Made by a program: the position numbers and the translations under genes
Shown: positions 63,722 to 64,000 of the stretch, one piece after another
Position numbering within the stretch: the first letter of the stretch is position 1
Layout of the letters: each line of letters begins with the position of its first letter
Source: Thelocarpon superellum
Lineage: Eukaryota
Length of the DNA: 64,000 nucleotides
Assembly: GCA_026025795.1 (NCBI GenBank)
Contig: JAPEUG010000034.1
Span: 1-64,000 of the forward strand
Direction of reading: 5' to 3'
Notes under the pieces: model-generated
What the model saw: only the letters and a program-made list of their open reading frames with translations
Database searches by the model: none
Told to the model about the DNA's origin: nothing

Positions 63722-64000
63722 TCATGGGGATGGGGACGGACTCTTCGCCTCATCCTTGCTCCCGTCGGCCCCCTTGGCCTTCTCCGGGTCCGCGTTGGTC
63801 TGTGCTTCACGAGCCTGTTCGGCCTGGCGATCTTGCACCCGGCCTTGACGTCCTTTCTCGACCTTGTCGCCGAGATATCGCCAGGTTCGACCCACCCCGG
63901 CGGTCAAGACTCCCTTGAGGCTCTGCGTCGTGCTGGGCCAGTTGATGGTCTTCTTAATGACCCCCACCATTTCCTGCTTCAGATGCTCGTTATCCGTGGC
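63722..64000 (-). CDS. TAM41: Mitochondrial phosphatidate cytidylyltransferase Tam41/Mmp37, 3' end only
   Basis: C-terminal motif WPSTTQSLKGVLTAGVGRTWRYLGDK; the gene runs off the end of the window. Confidence 0.8.
   Translation of the reverse strand, partial: ATDNEHLKQEMVGVIKKTINWPSTTQSLKGVLTAGVGRTWRYLGDKVEKGRQGRVQDRQAEQAREAQTNADPEKAKGADGSKDEAKSPSPSP

Noticed and set aside
1..64000. CRISPR arrays, rRNA/tRNA genes, telomeric tracts, autonomous transposons or a secondary-metabolite cluster
   Set aside because: None seen; the repeats are simple tandem arrays without spacers, and no transposase, RT, PKS or NRPS motifs were found.

Overview
Eukaryotic, GC-rich, intron-containing DNA from a filamentous ascomycete (Pezizomycotina). 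The evidence is short GT..CTRAC..YAG introns and fungal gene families; the species cannot be determined from the sequence. About 22 intact or partial genes are present. Recognisable ones are a flavin monooxygenase, a PCI/CSN12-like protein, a DUF3292-like protein, LCP5-like, an APSES/Xbp1-like factor, TOP2, a TBC Rab-GAP, an SS18-like protein, CNS1, an LCCL protein, INCENP, a DnaJ protein, a kelch membrane protein, HIS5, NMA111 and the 3' end of TAM41. The notable features are: two independently inserted copies of a 90-bp TG..CA element with 4-bp target duplications and paired CACGTG boxes; a ~450-bp TIR-bounded MITE-like relic; two disrupted genes (a membrane protein and a GT32 mannosyltransferase); and a 76-aa spliced, probably GPI-anchored microprotein. 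No rRNA, tRNA or CRISPR array was seen. Family assignments come from motif recognition, not database searches, and multi-exon gene coordinates include introns.
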